From NCBI GenBank assembly GCA_963978095.1, contig CAXBQP010000005.1, positions 10,521 to 74,520 of the forward strand: DNA of 64,000 nt. The letters are read 5' to 3'. Source of the DNA: an uncultured bacterium. Lineage in GTDB: Bacteria; Gemmatimonadota; Gemmatimonadetes; Gemmatimonadales; Gemmatimonadaceae. Positions within the stretch are counted from its first letter, which is position 1; each line of letters opens with the position of its first letter. The translations under genes were made by a program, and so were the position numbers. Positions 17,932-28,032 of the stretch are shown in pieces. Below the pieces are notes generated by a model. The model worked only from the letters and a program-made list of their open reading frames with translations. It did no database searches and was not told where the DNA came from.

Positions 17932-19628
17932 AGCGCCCCTCGCTTCATCTCCGCCGCCGCGTGCGCGGCCGCGCGCGCGGTGAGCGCCATGTAGGTAATG
18001 CTCGGGTTCTGGCACCCATTGCTGGCCATCGCCGCGCCGTCCGTGACGAAGAGGTTCTTCACCTGCCACGCCTGGTTCCACCGATTGAGCACCCCTTCCT
18101 CGGGCGTCTTGCTCATGCGGGCGCCCCCCATCTCGTGAATGCAGTGTCCGGGCGGGTTGCTCGAGCCGTGCGCATTGATGTTCGTGCACCCGGCCGCGTC
18201 GAGCATCTCCGCCATCGCCGTCTTCATGTGCTCGTCCATCGCCTTCTCGTTCTCGCGCCAGCGCACGTCGATGTGCGCCGCGGGGATCCCCCACTTGTCC
18301 TTGACCGCCGGGTCGAGGGTGATCCGGTTGGCCTCGTGCGGCAGCGTCTCTCCCCAGCCGCTGGCGGAGAGCCCCCACGGGCCGAGATCGTCGATGAGCA
18401 TGTTCTTGAACGCCGCACCGTAACCCGGCATCGAGCTGCCGCGCCCCCAGCCGCCGCGCCCTCCGCCCCCCTGCATGCCGTAGCCGCGGAGGAAGTTCTT
18501 CTCCTCGCGCTTCACGTTCTGGAAGCGCGCGATGTAGATGCCGTTCGGACGGTGCCCGATGGTCTTCTTGTCGAGGAAACCGGGCATGGTGCCGCTCGCC
18601 CCGGAGCCGTAGTGATGGTCCATGACGTACTTGCCGAGTGTCCCCGAGCCGTTCGCCATGCCATCCGGGAAGTGGTTGCTGGTGCTGTTGAGCAGGAGCC
18701 GCACGCTCTCGATCGTGCTCGCACAGAGGAACACCACCTTCGCCTCGAACTCCATGCTCTCCATCGACTGCGCGTCGATCACGCGCACCCCACGCGCCTT
18801 CCCCTTCTTGGCGTCGTAGAGCACCTCGGCCACGACGCTCCAGGGGCGCAACGTGAGACGTCCCGTCTTGCGCGCGGCCGGGAGGGTGGAACCGATCGAG
18901 TTGAAGTACGAGTGCGTCACGCACCCGCGCTCGCATGGCCCGCAGTAGTGACAGGCGAGCCGGCCGTTGTGGTTGGCGGTGAGGACCGCCGCGCGCCCGA
19001 TCGTCATGACCCGCTCGCCGCCGAACTTCTTGAGGATCTGCTCACGCCCATGGCGCTCACTCGCGCTCATCGCCATCGGCGGCAGGAACTCACCATCCGG
19101 GAGCTGGCTCAATCCCTCCTTGGCACCCGTGACGCCGATGAACTTCTCGACGTGCGAGTACCACGGGGCGATGTCCGCGTACCGGATCGGCCAGTCGTTG
19201 CCGTGGCCGTCCTTGGCGTTCGCCTCGAAGTCGAGATCGCTCCAGCGGTACACTTGGCGCCCCCACATGATGGAGCGCCCACCGACCTGACGGCCGCGGA
19301 AGAACTTGAACGGTGCATCCGCCGGCGTGGTGTACGGATTGTCGTGGTCGTTCACGAAGAACTTGTGCCCCGCCTCGTCGCAGGCATAGCACTCGCGCTG
19401 AATCGGGTGCTGATCCGCGAGGATCTTGCGATCCCCCCACCCGCGGAAATGCATCTCCCACGGCTGCACATGCTCGGTGAAGTCGGTCTTGTCCACCGGC
19501 CCACCGGCCTCGAGCACCAACGTCCGCAGTCCGCGCTCGGTGAGCTCCTTGGCCGCCCAACCGCCGCTGATCCCGCTGCCGACGACGATGGCGTCGTACA
19601 CCTGCTTCTTCTGCTGGGTCATGGCCAT
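17928..19628 (-). CDS. GMC family FAD oxidoreductase
   Basis: GSGISGG, VGGRSIMWG, CHYCGPCERGC, HEMGGARM, QNPSITYMAL. Confidence 0.93.
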   Translation of the reverse strand: MAMTQQKKQVYDAIVVGSGISGGWAAKELTERGLRTLVLEAGGPVDKTDFTEHVQPWEMHFRGWGDRKILADQHPIQRECYACDEAGHKFFVNDHDNPYTTPADAPFKFFRGRQVGGRSIMWGRQVYRWSDLDFEANAKDGHGNDWPIRYADIAPWYSHVEKFIGVTGAKEGLSQLPDGEFLPPMAMSASERHGREQILKKFGGERVMTIGRAAVLTANHNGRLACHYCGPCERGCVTHSYFNSIGSTLPAARKTGRLTLRPWSVVAEVLYDAKKGKARGVRVIDAQSMESMEFEAKVVFLCASTIESVRLLLNSTSNHFPDGMANGSGTLGKYVMDHHYGSGASGTMPGFLDKKTIGHRPNGIYIARFQNVKREEKNFLRGYGMQGGGGRGGWGRGSSMPGYGAAFKNMLIDDLGPWGLSASGWGETLPHEANRITLDPAVKDKWGIPAAHIDVRWRENEKAMDEHMKTAMAEMLDAAGCTNINAHGSSNPPGHCIHEMGGARMSKTPEEGVLNRWNQAWQVKNLFVTDGAAMASNGCQNPSITYMALTARAAAHAAAEMKRGAL

Positions 19629-20168
19629 TTACCTCGACGGCACGATATGGGGAGCATCGCCCACGTACCGCCCGGGCATGATCTCGTTCTTGAGCACGTC
19701 CTTCTGCACCCGCTCGCTCGTGAAGTAGCCGTGCACCACGAGCCCCTTGAGACGCCAGTAGCCGCGAGCGGCCATGTCGCTGCGGGGCCTCTTCTCGAGC
19801 ATCTCGAACAGCGCCGCATTCGCGGCGGGCGAGTACGCAGGGCCCGGAACTGATCCTCCCTTCATCAGCGCGTCGATCGCGGCGAGGCCGTCGTCGAGCT
19901 GCTTCCGTTCGGCGTCCGAGTAGTACTCCTTCACGACGACGTCGATCCACGCGACCACGCCAACATCGGTGGCGCTCGGCGTGTCGGTGCGCGGGAACCA
20001 GGTATCGGCGAGCGCGCCGAGCGCGGCGGCATCGGCGGCCGTCAGCGCACCGAGCGCTCCGGTGGCCGGCGTGGCCGCGACCGAGGCCCAAGCGGCTTCG
20101 GCCGTGCTCGGCAGCATGGTGAAGGCGGCGGCAGCGCCGAAGGCGCGCAGCAGATCACGACGGTCCAT
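19629..20168 (-). CDS. Gluconate 2-dehydrogenase subunit 3 family protein (Tat)
   Basis: MDRRDLL, PRTDTPSA, GYFTSE. It lies directly upstream of the GMC gene. Confidence 0.88.
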   Translation of the reverse strand: MDRRDLLRAFGAAAAFTMLPSTAEAAWASVAATPATGALGALTAADAAALGALADTWFPRTDTPSATDVGVVAWIDVVVKEYYSDAERKQLDDGLAAIDALMKGGSVPGPAYSPAANAALFEMLEKRPRSDMAARGYWRLKGLVVHGYFTSERVQKDVLKNEIMPGRYVGDAPHIVPSR

Positions 20169-20275
20169 CGGAACGGCCTCGTGGCAGGAGGATACGGCGA
20201 AGCTACGCGCGGGGGCGGGGGGCGTCCAGCGGGGCATGGGTTCGAGTGTGCACCACCGGTATCCGAGCCCCGGGT

Positions 20276-21169
20276 TCAGTGCTTCCCTGCCTCGATCGCA
20301 GCCCTCAGGCCCGCGAGGACGTCCCTCGGCTTCCCATCCGCCCAGAAGTGGATGTAGTACACCCGCGGCGATTCTTCCACGAGATGGCCGTGCATCGCCG
20401 TGGCCGCGATCCCACCGGTGGCCAGCGCGGCGATGACGGCATTCACGCGGTCCCCAAGGATCGAGAAGTCTCCCGTCGCCACATAGCGGTCGACGCTCAC
20501 CATCTGGATGTTGATCGGCGTGCCGTAGCCCTGCGACGGCACGACGGGAATGCCGCCCATCGTCACTGCGCCGGTCACGAGCAACGGCGTGAACTGCATC
20601 ACGGCGCCGTTGACCTTGCCGGCCATGCCGAGGGCCGTCGCGACCATGGCGCTGTCGATCGTGGCGGGGACGGGAGCAGCCGCGGGCGGCACCGGGCGTG
20701 GCGATGCGGTGTGTTTCATGACCGCGTCGAACTTCCGGGCCAGCTCGACCGCATTGCCCATCGCGTGTACATGCACGTAGGTGAGTTGCGGCGCGGCGCC
20801 CGCCAGATGATTGTGGATCGCCGAGATCTCGATCCCCTGCGCATGAAGCTCGGCCTGCACGGGCGTGAGCTCGTTCGGGAGGAGAATCAGATCGCCCATC
20901 ACCGTGGTCATCGCGGGCGGACCGGAGAACCCGAGCCAGGCACCGCTCGCCATCGCGGGCGCGAGCGTGAGATCACCGACGTTCAGCGTGATGTCGCGGC
21001 GCGGGAAGTTGTAGCGGGTGTAGCCCGCGGCGACGGTGGGTGGCGACTGCAGGATGCGGCCGACGTCGAGTTGCTCGAGCGTGAATCCCTGTGCCGATGC
21101 CAGCGATGCGACGACAGCGCTGAGCGCCAACGATCGCAGCGCGATGCGCGCGATGACCCCCTGTGACAT
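20276..21169 (-). CDS. DUF1259 domain secreted protein
   Basis: Signal peptide and two repeats with AIHNHL/YVHVHA and AMHGHL/YIHFW. Confidence 0.82.
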   Translation of the reverse strand: MSQGVIARIALRSLALSAVVASLASAQGFTLEQLDVGRILQSPPTVAAGYTRYNFPRRDITLNVGDLTLAPAMASGAWLGFSGPPAMTTVMGDLILLPNELTPVQAELHAQGIEISAIHNHLAGAAPQLTYVHVHAMGNAVELARKFDAVMKHTASPRPVPPAAAPVPATIDSAMVATALGMAGKVNGAVMQFTPLLVTGAVTMGGIPVVPSQGYGTPINIQMVSVDRYVATGDFSILGDRVNAVIAALATGGIAATAMHGHLVEESPRVYYIHFWADGKPRDVLAGLRAAIEAGKH

Positions 21170-21203
21170 GTCGGACTCCTCGGTCGATGCCCCTGCCGTT
21201 CGA

Positions 21204-23906
21204 TTACTTCCCTCTGCGCTTCCCCTTGCCCGCCGGCGAACCTGGCCGGAACCCGCCCTTGCCACGCGCCCACGGCGACTGGTCCGGACGCCCCGAGGCA
21301 CGCCCACCGCGCGCAGGACGACGCTCCTCGCGTCGGACCTCGTCTTCGGTGAACGGCTTGTCCAATGCGTCCTGGATCTCCTCCACCGAGTCCGCCTTCA
21401 CATTCCCGCGCGCGCCGCGCGTGATCGTGAAACGCACGGGACGGTCGAGCAACGGCAATTCCTCGAAGATCAACCCGCGCGCCACCTTCTCCGGCAACAC
21501 GAGGCGCACCACCCCCTGCACCTTCCCGTCGCCAACCTCCTCCACTTCATAGTGCATCGGCACGGTGCGATCACGCACTTCCGCCGCACCCGGCAGCGCA
21601 TTCAATCGCGCGCGCTCCTCCGGGGACACGAAGTCGTCCGCCCGGAACCGCATCGGCGCCGCGCGGAATCCCTGGATCGTGGTCACGTTCCCCAACTGCG
21701 ACTCGTACCACGCCGTGAGCTCCGCCAATCCCATCTTCGGCGTGCGCCCGCCGCTCCGACGATACGCCTCGCGCACCTCAGCGATCGGCTGCCGGTTCCG
21801 CTGCACCGCGGCGTGGTGCGCTTCCTCGCGCGCCATCGCTTCGGCCAGCACGCGCCGGGCGTCAGCTTCCATTCCCGACGGGAACTCGTGCAACGCCTCA
21901 CGTTCGCGCTGCAACTCGAAGCCGAAGTACTCCACCCGCCGTTCCATGGCGAGCGGATGGCTCTTGTGGCGCGGGTCGAACACCAGCTTGGCCGCACTCG
22001 ACGTCGCGTACTTCCGGATCAGTTGCTGCGGGACGTTCGTTCCCTCGATCGCCGCGCGCGAGTTGCCATACGCATCAGCGAAGTAGCGCAGCGTGCCGCT
22101 GATCCCGCCCCAGCTCCCGGCCACGCTCGTCTTGCTCACCCGCGCTTCGTGTCCATCGGCGGTGTGCTCGTCGATCACCAGATCGAACGGCTGATAGCGC
22201 GCGAGCAGCTCCACGAACTGCCGCTCCACCGCCTCCGTCACCATCGGCATCACGTCCGGCAACGGGAGCCGCACCGCCCGGTAGATCGACGCCATCGCGA
22301 GTGCGGCATCCTCCACGCTCTTCATGAGCACGCCGCGACGGTCCGCCCACCGCTCCAACGAGGCATCGAACAGATGCCGCGGCAAGCCGTACACTTCGCC
22401 CACATAGCCGCACTTGTGGAACGCCTCGGCGTACACGTTGTACGCGGTGAGGTTGTCGCTCCCGCGGATGATCAGCCCCGCAAGATCGCGATCCTCGCGC
22501 GTCATCCGGTGCAGCGACTCAATCCCGGCCATGACGGCGACATACGGCAGCATGGTATCGTCGCAATGCACGAGCATCTCGGCCCACGGCCGATCCACCG
22601 GCATCGCCTCGACCGCCTTCCCGTACTTCGTGAGTCGCCCGTTCTCGACGATCCCGCGCACCTCGAGGTGTGCCATCGCCTTGCGATACGCAAGGCGATC
22701 GAGCGGCACGGGGAGTTCGAGTTCGTCCGCCCGAACCCCCAGATCCGCGCAGGTGAGTGCCACGCGCTCGCTGTCGCCGGCGAGCTGGAAGTCGGGCGGC
22801 GTCGGACGCAGCGCGTCGAAGGCGATGTCGCGATCGCTCAGAATGAACACGCGCCCACCCGCCACACGCCCGTGGACGCGCCCGGCCATCTGCAGGATCT
22901 CGTTCGCGCCAAGATGCACGCGCGTCAGCACGTTCTTGCCACGATCGATGACATTCGCGAATCGCGTGTCGTCGATCACCACCGTGTCGAGCCCCTGGAC
23001 ATTGAGCGCACTTTGGCCGGCCGCGGTCATCGCCAGCAGATACGGCTTGGCCACCGTGCCGTCGAGGAACGGCCGGATCACACGAATCGGCTCGCCGCCG
23101 TGATAGAACTGCGCGGTGATCCCGCGGAACCGCGCCTGCACGCTCGTCGCCACTTGCTCGACACCGGCACGCGTCGGGAGGAACACCCCCACGCCGCGTT
23201 GCTCCTTGACCACCTTGGCGAGGAATCGATCGTCGAGAAAATGTTGCGGATTCGCGCGCACGACCTCCACATGCGCCGCCTTGGCGGGATCGAAGGCGCT
23301 CGATTCCACCACCGCCTCGGCGTCGAGATAGCGCCGATAAAACGCCGGATCGACGGTGGCCGACAACCAGATGAAGCGGCACCCCACGCGCTTCCCCAGC
23401 GCGAGACAGAGCTCGAGTTCCGCACTGGTCTGGTGGATCTCGTCCACCACGAGCGTGTCCTGGCGGCGAATATCCCCATCCTGGAACCAGCGCCGCGCGA
23501 TGCCGGTGGTCACGATCACCACATTCCAGCTCGGCGACTCGGGCGTGGCCTCGCGCTCGCGGTTGATCACGCCGACGCGCAACTCGGTGGTGCCGAGCAG
23601 TTCCTGCGCGATCGGTTTGACGCTCAGCGTCTTGCCTGTCCCCGTGCCGGCGACGATGCCGAACCCGCGGCGCGGCGCCGAGAGGGGGGCTTCCAGGTCG
23701 TGCGCACGGAAACGTTCAGCGAGCTCGCGCAGTTCAGCGCCACGCGCCTTCCAGAGCACCGTCTCGATGTCGAGGGCGAAGGCCAGCTCGATCGTCTCGC
23801 ACGCCGCACGCGTCGGCGCGATGATGATGATGCGGCGAGTCTCCCCCGACCCGACGAAGGCGTCGTGATCGGGGGGGAGGAACGGGTCGCGGACGTCGCG
23901 CAGCAC
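21204..23906 (-). CDS. DExH-box SF2 helicase (HrpA/HrpB-like)
   Basis: AGTGTGKT, DEIH, SAT, FLPTR, QMAGRVHGR. Probable start GTG 23906. Confidence 0.85.
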   Translation of the reverse strand: MLRDVRDPFLPPDHDAFVGSGETRRIIIIAPTRAACETIELAFALDIETVLWKARGAELRELAERFRAHDLEAPLSAPRRGFGIVAGTGTGKTLSVKPIAQELLGTTELRVGVINREREATPESPSWNVVIVTTGIARRWFQDGDIRRQDTLVVDEIHQTSAELELCLALGKRVGCRFIWLSATVDPAFYRRYLDAEAVVESSAFDPAKAAHVEVVRANPQHFLDDRFLAKVVKEQRGVGVFLPTRAGVEQVATSVQARFRGITAQFYHGGEPIRVIRPFLDGTVAKPYLLAMTAAGQSALNVQGLDTVVIDDTRFANVIDRGKNVLTRVHLGANEILQMAGRVHGRVAGGRVFILSDRDIAFDALRPTPPDFQLAGDSERVALTCADLGVRADELELPVPLDRLAYRKAMAHLEVRGIVENGRLTKYGKAVEAMPVDRPWAEMLVHCDDTMLPYVAVMAGIESLHRMTREDRDLAGLIIRGSDNLTAYNVYAEAFHKCGYVGEVYGLPRHLFDASLERWADRRGVLMKSVEDAALAMASIYRAVRLPLPDVMPMVTEAVERQFVELLARYQPFDLVIDEHTADGHEARVSKTSVAGSWGGISGTLRYFADAYGNSRAAIEGTNVPQQLIRKYATSSAAKLVFDPRHKSHPLAMERRVEYFGFELQREREALHEFPSGMEADARRVLAEAMAREEAHHAAVQRNRQPIAEVREAYRRSGGRTPKMGLAELTAWYESQLGNVTTIQGFRAAPMRFRADDFVSPEERARLNALPGAAEVRDRTVPMHYEVEEVGDGKVQGVVRLVLPEKVARGLIFEELPLLDRPVRFTITRGARGNVKADSVEEIQDALDKPFTEDEVRREERRPARGGRASGRPDQSPWARGKGGFRPGSPAGKGKRRGK

Positions 23907-23926
23907 GGGGCTCGGAGGCCGGCCCC

Positions 23927-24427
23927 TCAGGGAACCTTCGTGCTGGGCGTCGGAACGGTGACTTGGGGCCCCGTCAGCGGCTTGGCCGGCCCTAACTCGG
24001 TCACGACTTTCACCGTGACGGCCCGGTCCGGCGACTGGAGCGCCGACCGAATGGTCTGCTCCTGCAGCGCGCGACGCGCCAGCTCCCGCTGCCGCGCGTC
24101 GGGATCCGTCGGGAGTTCCCACAGATTCACCGGCTGCGCCGCCCGGGAGCGGCCGTTGGCGCGCGCGTCAATCGGCGTGGACCGGACCTCACCGCCGAAG
24201 AGCACCGAGGCGCCCTGCGGCCGGGCGCGGATCGCGGCGGCACAGTCGGTGGGTGCCGGCTGTTGAGCGGGGGCCACATCCTTCAGCCAGATGCGGCACA
24301 TCCCCGCCGGGGGCATCGCCGACCGTGGAATGAGCGGCTGCGCCGGTTCGGACATGCCCCGATCCTGCGCTCCCAACGGGAACGCCACCAGGAACGCCAT
24401 GATCGGCGCCGACCGCTGCAACGGCAT
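23927..24427 (-). CDS. Hypothetical secreted protein
   Basis: Signal peptide and a PPAGMCRIW...QPAPTDC motif. Confidence 0.65.
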   Translation of the reverse strand: MPLQRSAPIMAFLVAFPLGAQDRGMSEPAQPLIPRSAMPPAGMCRIWLKDVAPAQQPAPTDCAAAIRARPQGASVLFGGEVRSTPIDARANGRSRAAQPVNLWELPTDPDARQRELARRALQEQTIRSALQSPDRAVTVKVVTELGPAKPLTGPQVTVPTPSTKVP

Positions 24428-24532
24428 GATTCCTCGCACCACGACTCCCTCCCCTCGGTTTCCCGGTTCTCACCGGAGACGAACCATCCGCCCCACGCGA
24501 CACAATCTGCCGAGAATCCGGGGCATTCGGTA

Positions 24533-25618
24533 CTACCCCAGATCCCCGAAACTGATTCCCAATCGACGGGCGGTCCGTACGATGTCGTGGTTGGGATCCA
24601 CCCGTTTCGGGTGCCCAAGCACCTGCGCGATGGGCACGGTCACGATATCCGGCGATTGGAGCGCGACCATATGCCCCCACTTGCCGTCTTCCACCGCCTG
24701 AACGGCGGCCGACCCGAACCGCGTGGCCAGCATACGGTCGTAGCCGGTCGGCATTCCTCCGCGCTGCAGGTGCCCCAACACCAGCGACCGGCACTCCTTC
24801 CCGGTCCGTTCCTGGATCTGCTTGGCCAAACGCTCCGCGACGCCTCCCACCCGTTTGGCCTGCCCCGGCAGCGAGGCCCCCAGCGTGGACTCGCTCCCCC
24901 CGCGCTCGAACGCCCCCTCGGCCACCACGACGACCGCAAAATGCCGTCCGCGTTTGTCCCGCTCCATGATCGACCGGCAGACCACATCCACGTCGTACGG
25001 GATCTCCGGGATCAGGATCACATGGGCCGCACCGGACACCCCCGAATGCAACGCGATAAACCCGGCGCTGCGGCCCATGACCTCCATGACGATCACCCGA
25101 TCATGGCTTTCGGCGGTCGTGTGCAACTTGTCGATGGCTTCCATCGCGGTATTCACGGCCGTGTCGAAGCCGAACGTCGTGATGGTCCCACTCACATCGT
25201 TGTCGATGGTCTTCGGGACGCAGACCATCCGGAGACCGACGTTCCCCATCTGTTGGGCGATCGCGAGGGAGCCATCCCCGCCGATGGCGATGATCGCGTC
25301 GATCCCCAGATTCCGCGCATTGTTGACCAACTCCGCCGATCGGTCGATTTCGCGATACGAGCCGTCGGGCTGCCGCACGGGATACGAGAACGGGTTTCCC
25401 CGGTTCGTCGTGTGGAGGATCGTCCCGCCGAGGTGCCCGATCCCCCGCACCGAATCACGGGTCAGGGGCACCACGTCCCCCTCGCCGAGCAGTCCGGCGT
25501 AGCCCCGCGTGATGCCGAGTACGTGCCAGCCGCGATCGATCGCGGAGAGCACGGCCGCGCGGATGACCGCGTTGAGTCCCGGGGCGTCACCCCCGCCCGT
25601 GGAGATCGCGATTCTCAC
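24533..25618 (-). CDS. pfkA: 6-phosphofructokinase
   Basis: TGGGDAPGLN, GGTILHT, GGDGS, PKTIDND, TFGFDTA, EVMGR, LGHLQRGG. Start GTG 25618. Confidence 0.95.
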   Translation of the reverse strand: MRIAISTGGGDAPGLNAVIRAAVLSAIDRGWHVLGITRGYAGLLGEGDVVPLTRDSVRGIGHLGGTILHTTNRGNPFSYPVRQPDGSYREIDRSAELVNNARNLGIDAIIAIGGDGSLAIAQQMGNVGLRMVCVPKTIDNDVSGTITTFGFDTAVNTAMEAIDKLHTTAESHDRVIVMEVMGRSAGFIALHSGVSGAAHVILIPEIPYDVDVVCRSIMERDKRGRHFAVVVVAEGAFERGGSESTLGASLPGQAKRVGGVAERLAKQIQERTGKECRSLVLGHLQRGGMPTGYDRMLATRFGSAAVQAVEDGKWGHMVALQSPDIVTVPIAQVLGHPKRVDPNHDIVRTARRLGISFGDLG

Positions 25619-25848
25619 CTGGTTCTGACCTCCTCGATGAGCGCCAACACTTCCCCGGGCCTGGCGTGCCGCCCGAGTTTCGATTTCTCGAAGATGGGGA
25701 CCGCGTCCACACTCACCTCGAACCGGCCACCGCGCGAGGGTTCCATGGACACATCGACATCCGGATAGGTCGCACGAATCGCAGCTGCCAGACCGACAGC
25801 CCGGGGTTCGTAGTTTCAGACGGTGCAGTATTCGATGTTGATGTGCAT
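25615..25848 (-). CDS. SelW/SelT/Rdx family selenoprotein (CxxU), 77 aa
   Basis: MHINIEYCTV-TGA(25818-25816)-NYEPRAVGLAAAI...SRGGRFEVSVDAVPIFEKSKLGRHARPGEVL. The frame stays open and Rdx-like after the TGA, and a SECIS-like hairpin follows. Confidence 0.88.
25774..25811 (-). promoter_or_regulatory. Bacterial SECIS element
   Basis: The minus strand reads ACGAA...GCTGTC-GGTCT-GGCAGC...TTCGT. The apical loop starts with G, about 21 nt after the UGA. Confidence 0.75.
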
Positions 25849-25910
25849 GGCGGGCGGTGCGGGATGCCTGAAATATGCGCGACGGGCGGCCGGACGGGAC
25901 GTGACGCCGG

Positions 25911-26183
25911 CTACTTGAGCACCACCACGCCGGTGACGTTCGCGAGCCGCGCGATGGTCGTGTCCTGCTTGGCGACCACGACCCGGAGGGAATCCAAGGT
26001 GCCCCGCAGTTCGGAGATCTCGTTCTTGGTCGCGTTGACGGCATCGCCCATTTCCAGGACCTGCTGGGCGCGCGCGGCCTCCCCCTGCGGGGTGCTGCAC
26101 GAGGCGGAGATGCCGACCGCCGCCGCGAGCAGGAGCGCGCGGCGCACGGAGGGTGGTGAGCACTGGGTGTTCCCGGAACGCAT
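25911..26183 (-). CDS. Small coiled-coil lipoprotein
   Basis: RRALLLAAAVGISASC lipobox followed by a heptad-rich segment. Confidence 0.65.
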   Translation of the reverse strand: MRSGNTQCSPPSVRRALLLAAAVGISASCSTPQGEAARAQQVLEMGDAVNATKNEISELRGTLDSLRVVVAKQDTTIARLANVTGVVVLK

Positions 26184-26312
26184 CATGATCTGCTCCTGAG
26201 GGCGGAGCGCCGCGCGGTCGCGGCGCGTGGAACGGGTGCGTCGCGCAATCGAACGATGCGACGTCCACTCGCGTCGGAACGTATCTCCCTCCCGTACCCG
26301 ACGGGAGGCGTC

Positions 26313-26747
26313 ATGCGGTGCACCCCATGCTCGGATCGCCGCGGGATCACCTTGCCCGAGTTGGCGGTCGCCTGCACGATCGTCGGGCTCACCGCCGGCA
26401 TCGCGGTGCCGCGGTTCGCGGCGCTGGCCACGCGGCTCATGCTCCGCGGGGGGAGCTACGATGTGCATGCCGCACTCGCGATCGCGCAAGCACAGGCGGT
26501 GCGCCGGGGGGAACTCGTGGCCTTCGTGGGTGATGGCCCGCGGGGCCGGATTCGGGTCGTCGCGGGCACCGATACCCTGTTCGCACGTGACCTGGGCGCG
26601 CGGGGCCTGACGCTGGCGCTGACCCGCGACTCCATCACGTGGTCCCCGAATGGCCAAGGGTGGGGAGCCGCCAACACCACCATCATCGTCTCACGTCGGG
26701 GGCTCGCGGACACGATCACCGTCTCGCGCCTGGGCCGCGTGCGGTGA
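26313..26747 (+). CDS. Prepilin-type (GspH/FimT-like) protein
   Basis: RRG|ITLPEL class III signal followed by a hydrophobic helix, with C-terminal VSRLGRVR. GGGAGG RBS. Confidence 0.85.
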   Translation: MRCTPCSDRRGITLPELAVACTIVGLTAGIAVPRFAALATRLMLRGGSYDVHAALAIAQAQAVRRGELVAFVGDGPRGRIRVVAGTDTLFARDLGARGLTLALTRDSITWSPNGQGWGAANTTIIVSRRGLADTITVSRLGRVR

Positions 26748-26766
26748 CGCGTCTCTTCCCCGGACC

Positions 26767-27981
<1,215 letters not shown>

Positions 27982-28032
27982 GTTGCTGAAAGCTAATCCC
28001 CCGTGCGGTCCCGCGCTGACACGGGCCCCACC

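Noticed and set aside
25816..26268. 150-aa ORF ending ...IEYCTV*
   Set aside because: Only its last 10 codons are real, as the start of the selenoprotein. The rest overlaps the 25911-26183 lipoprotein in another frame.
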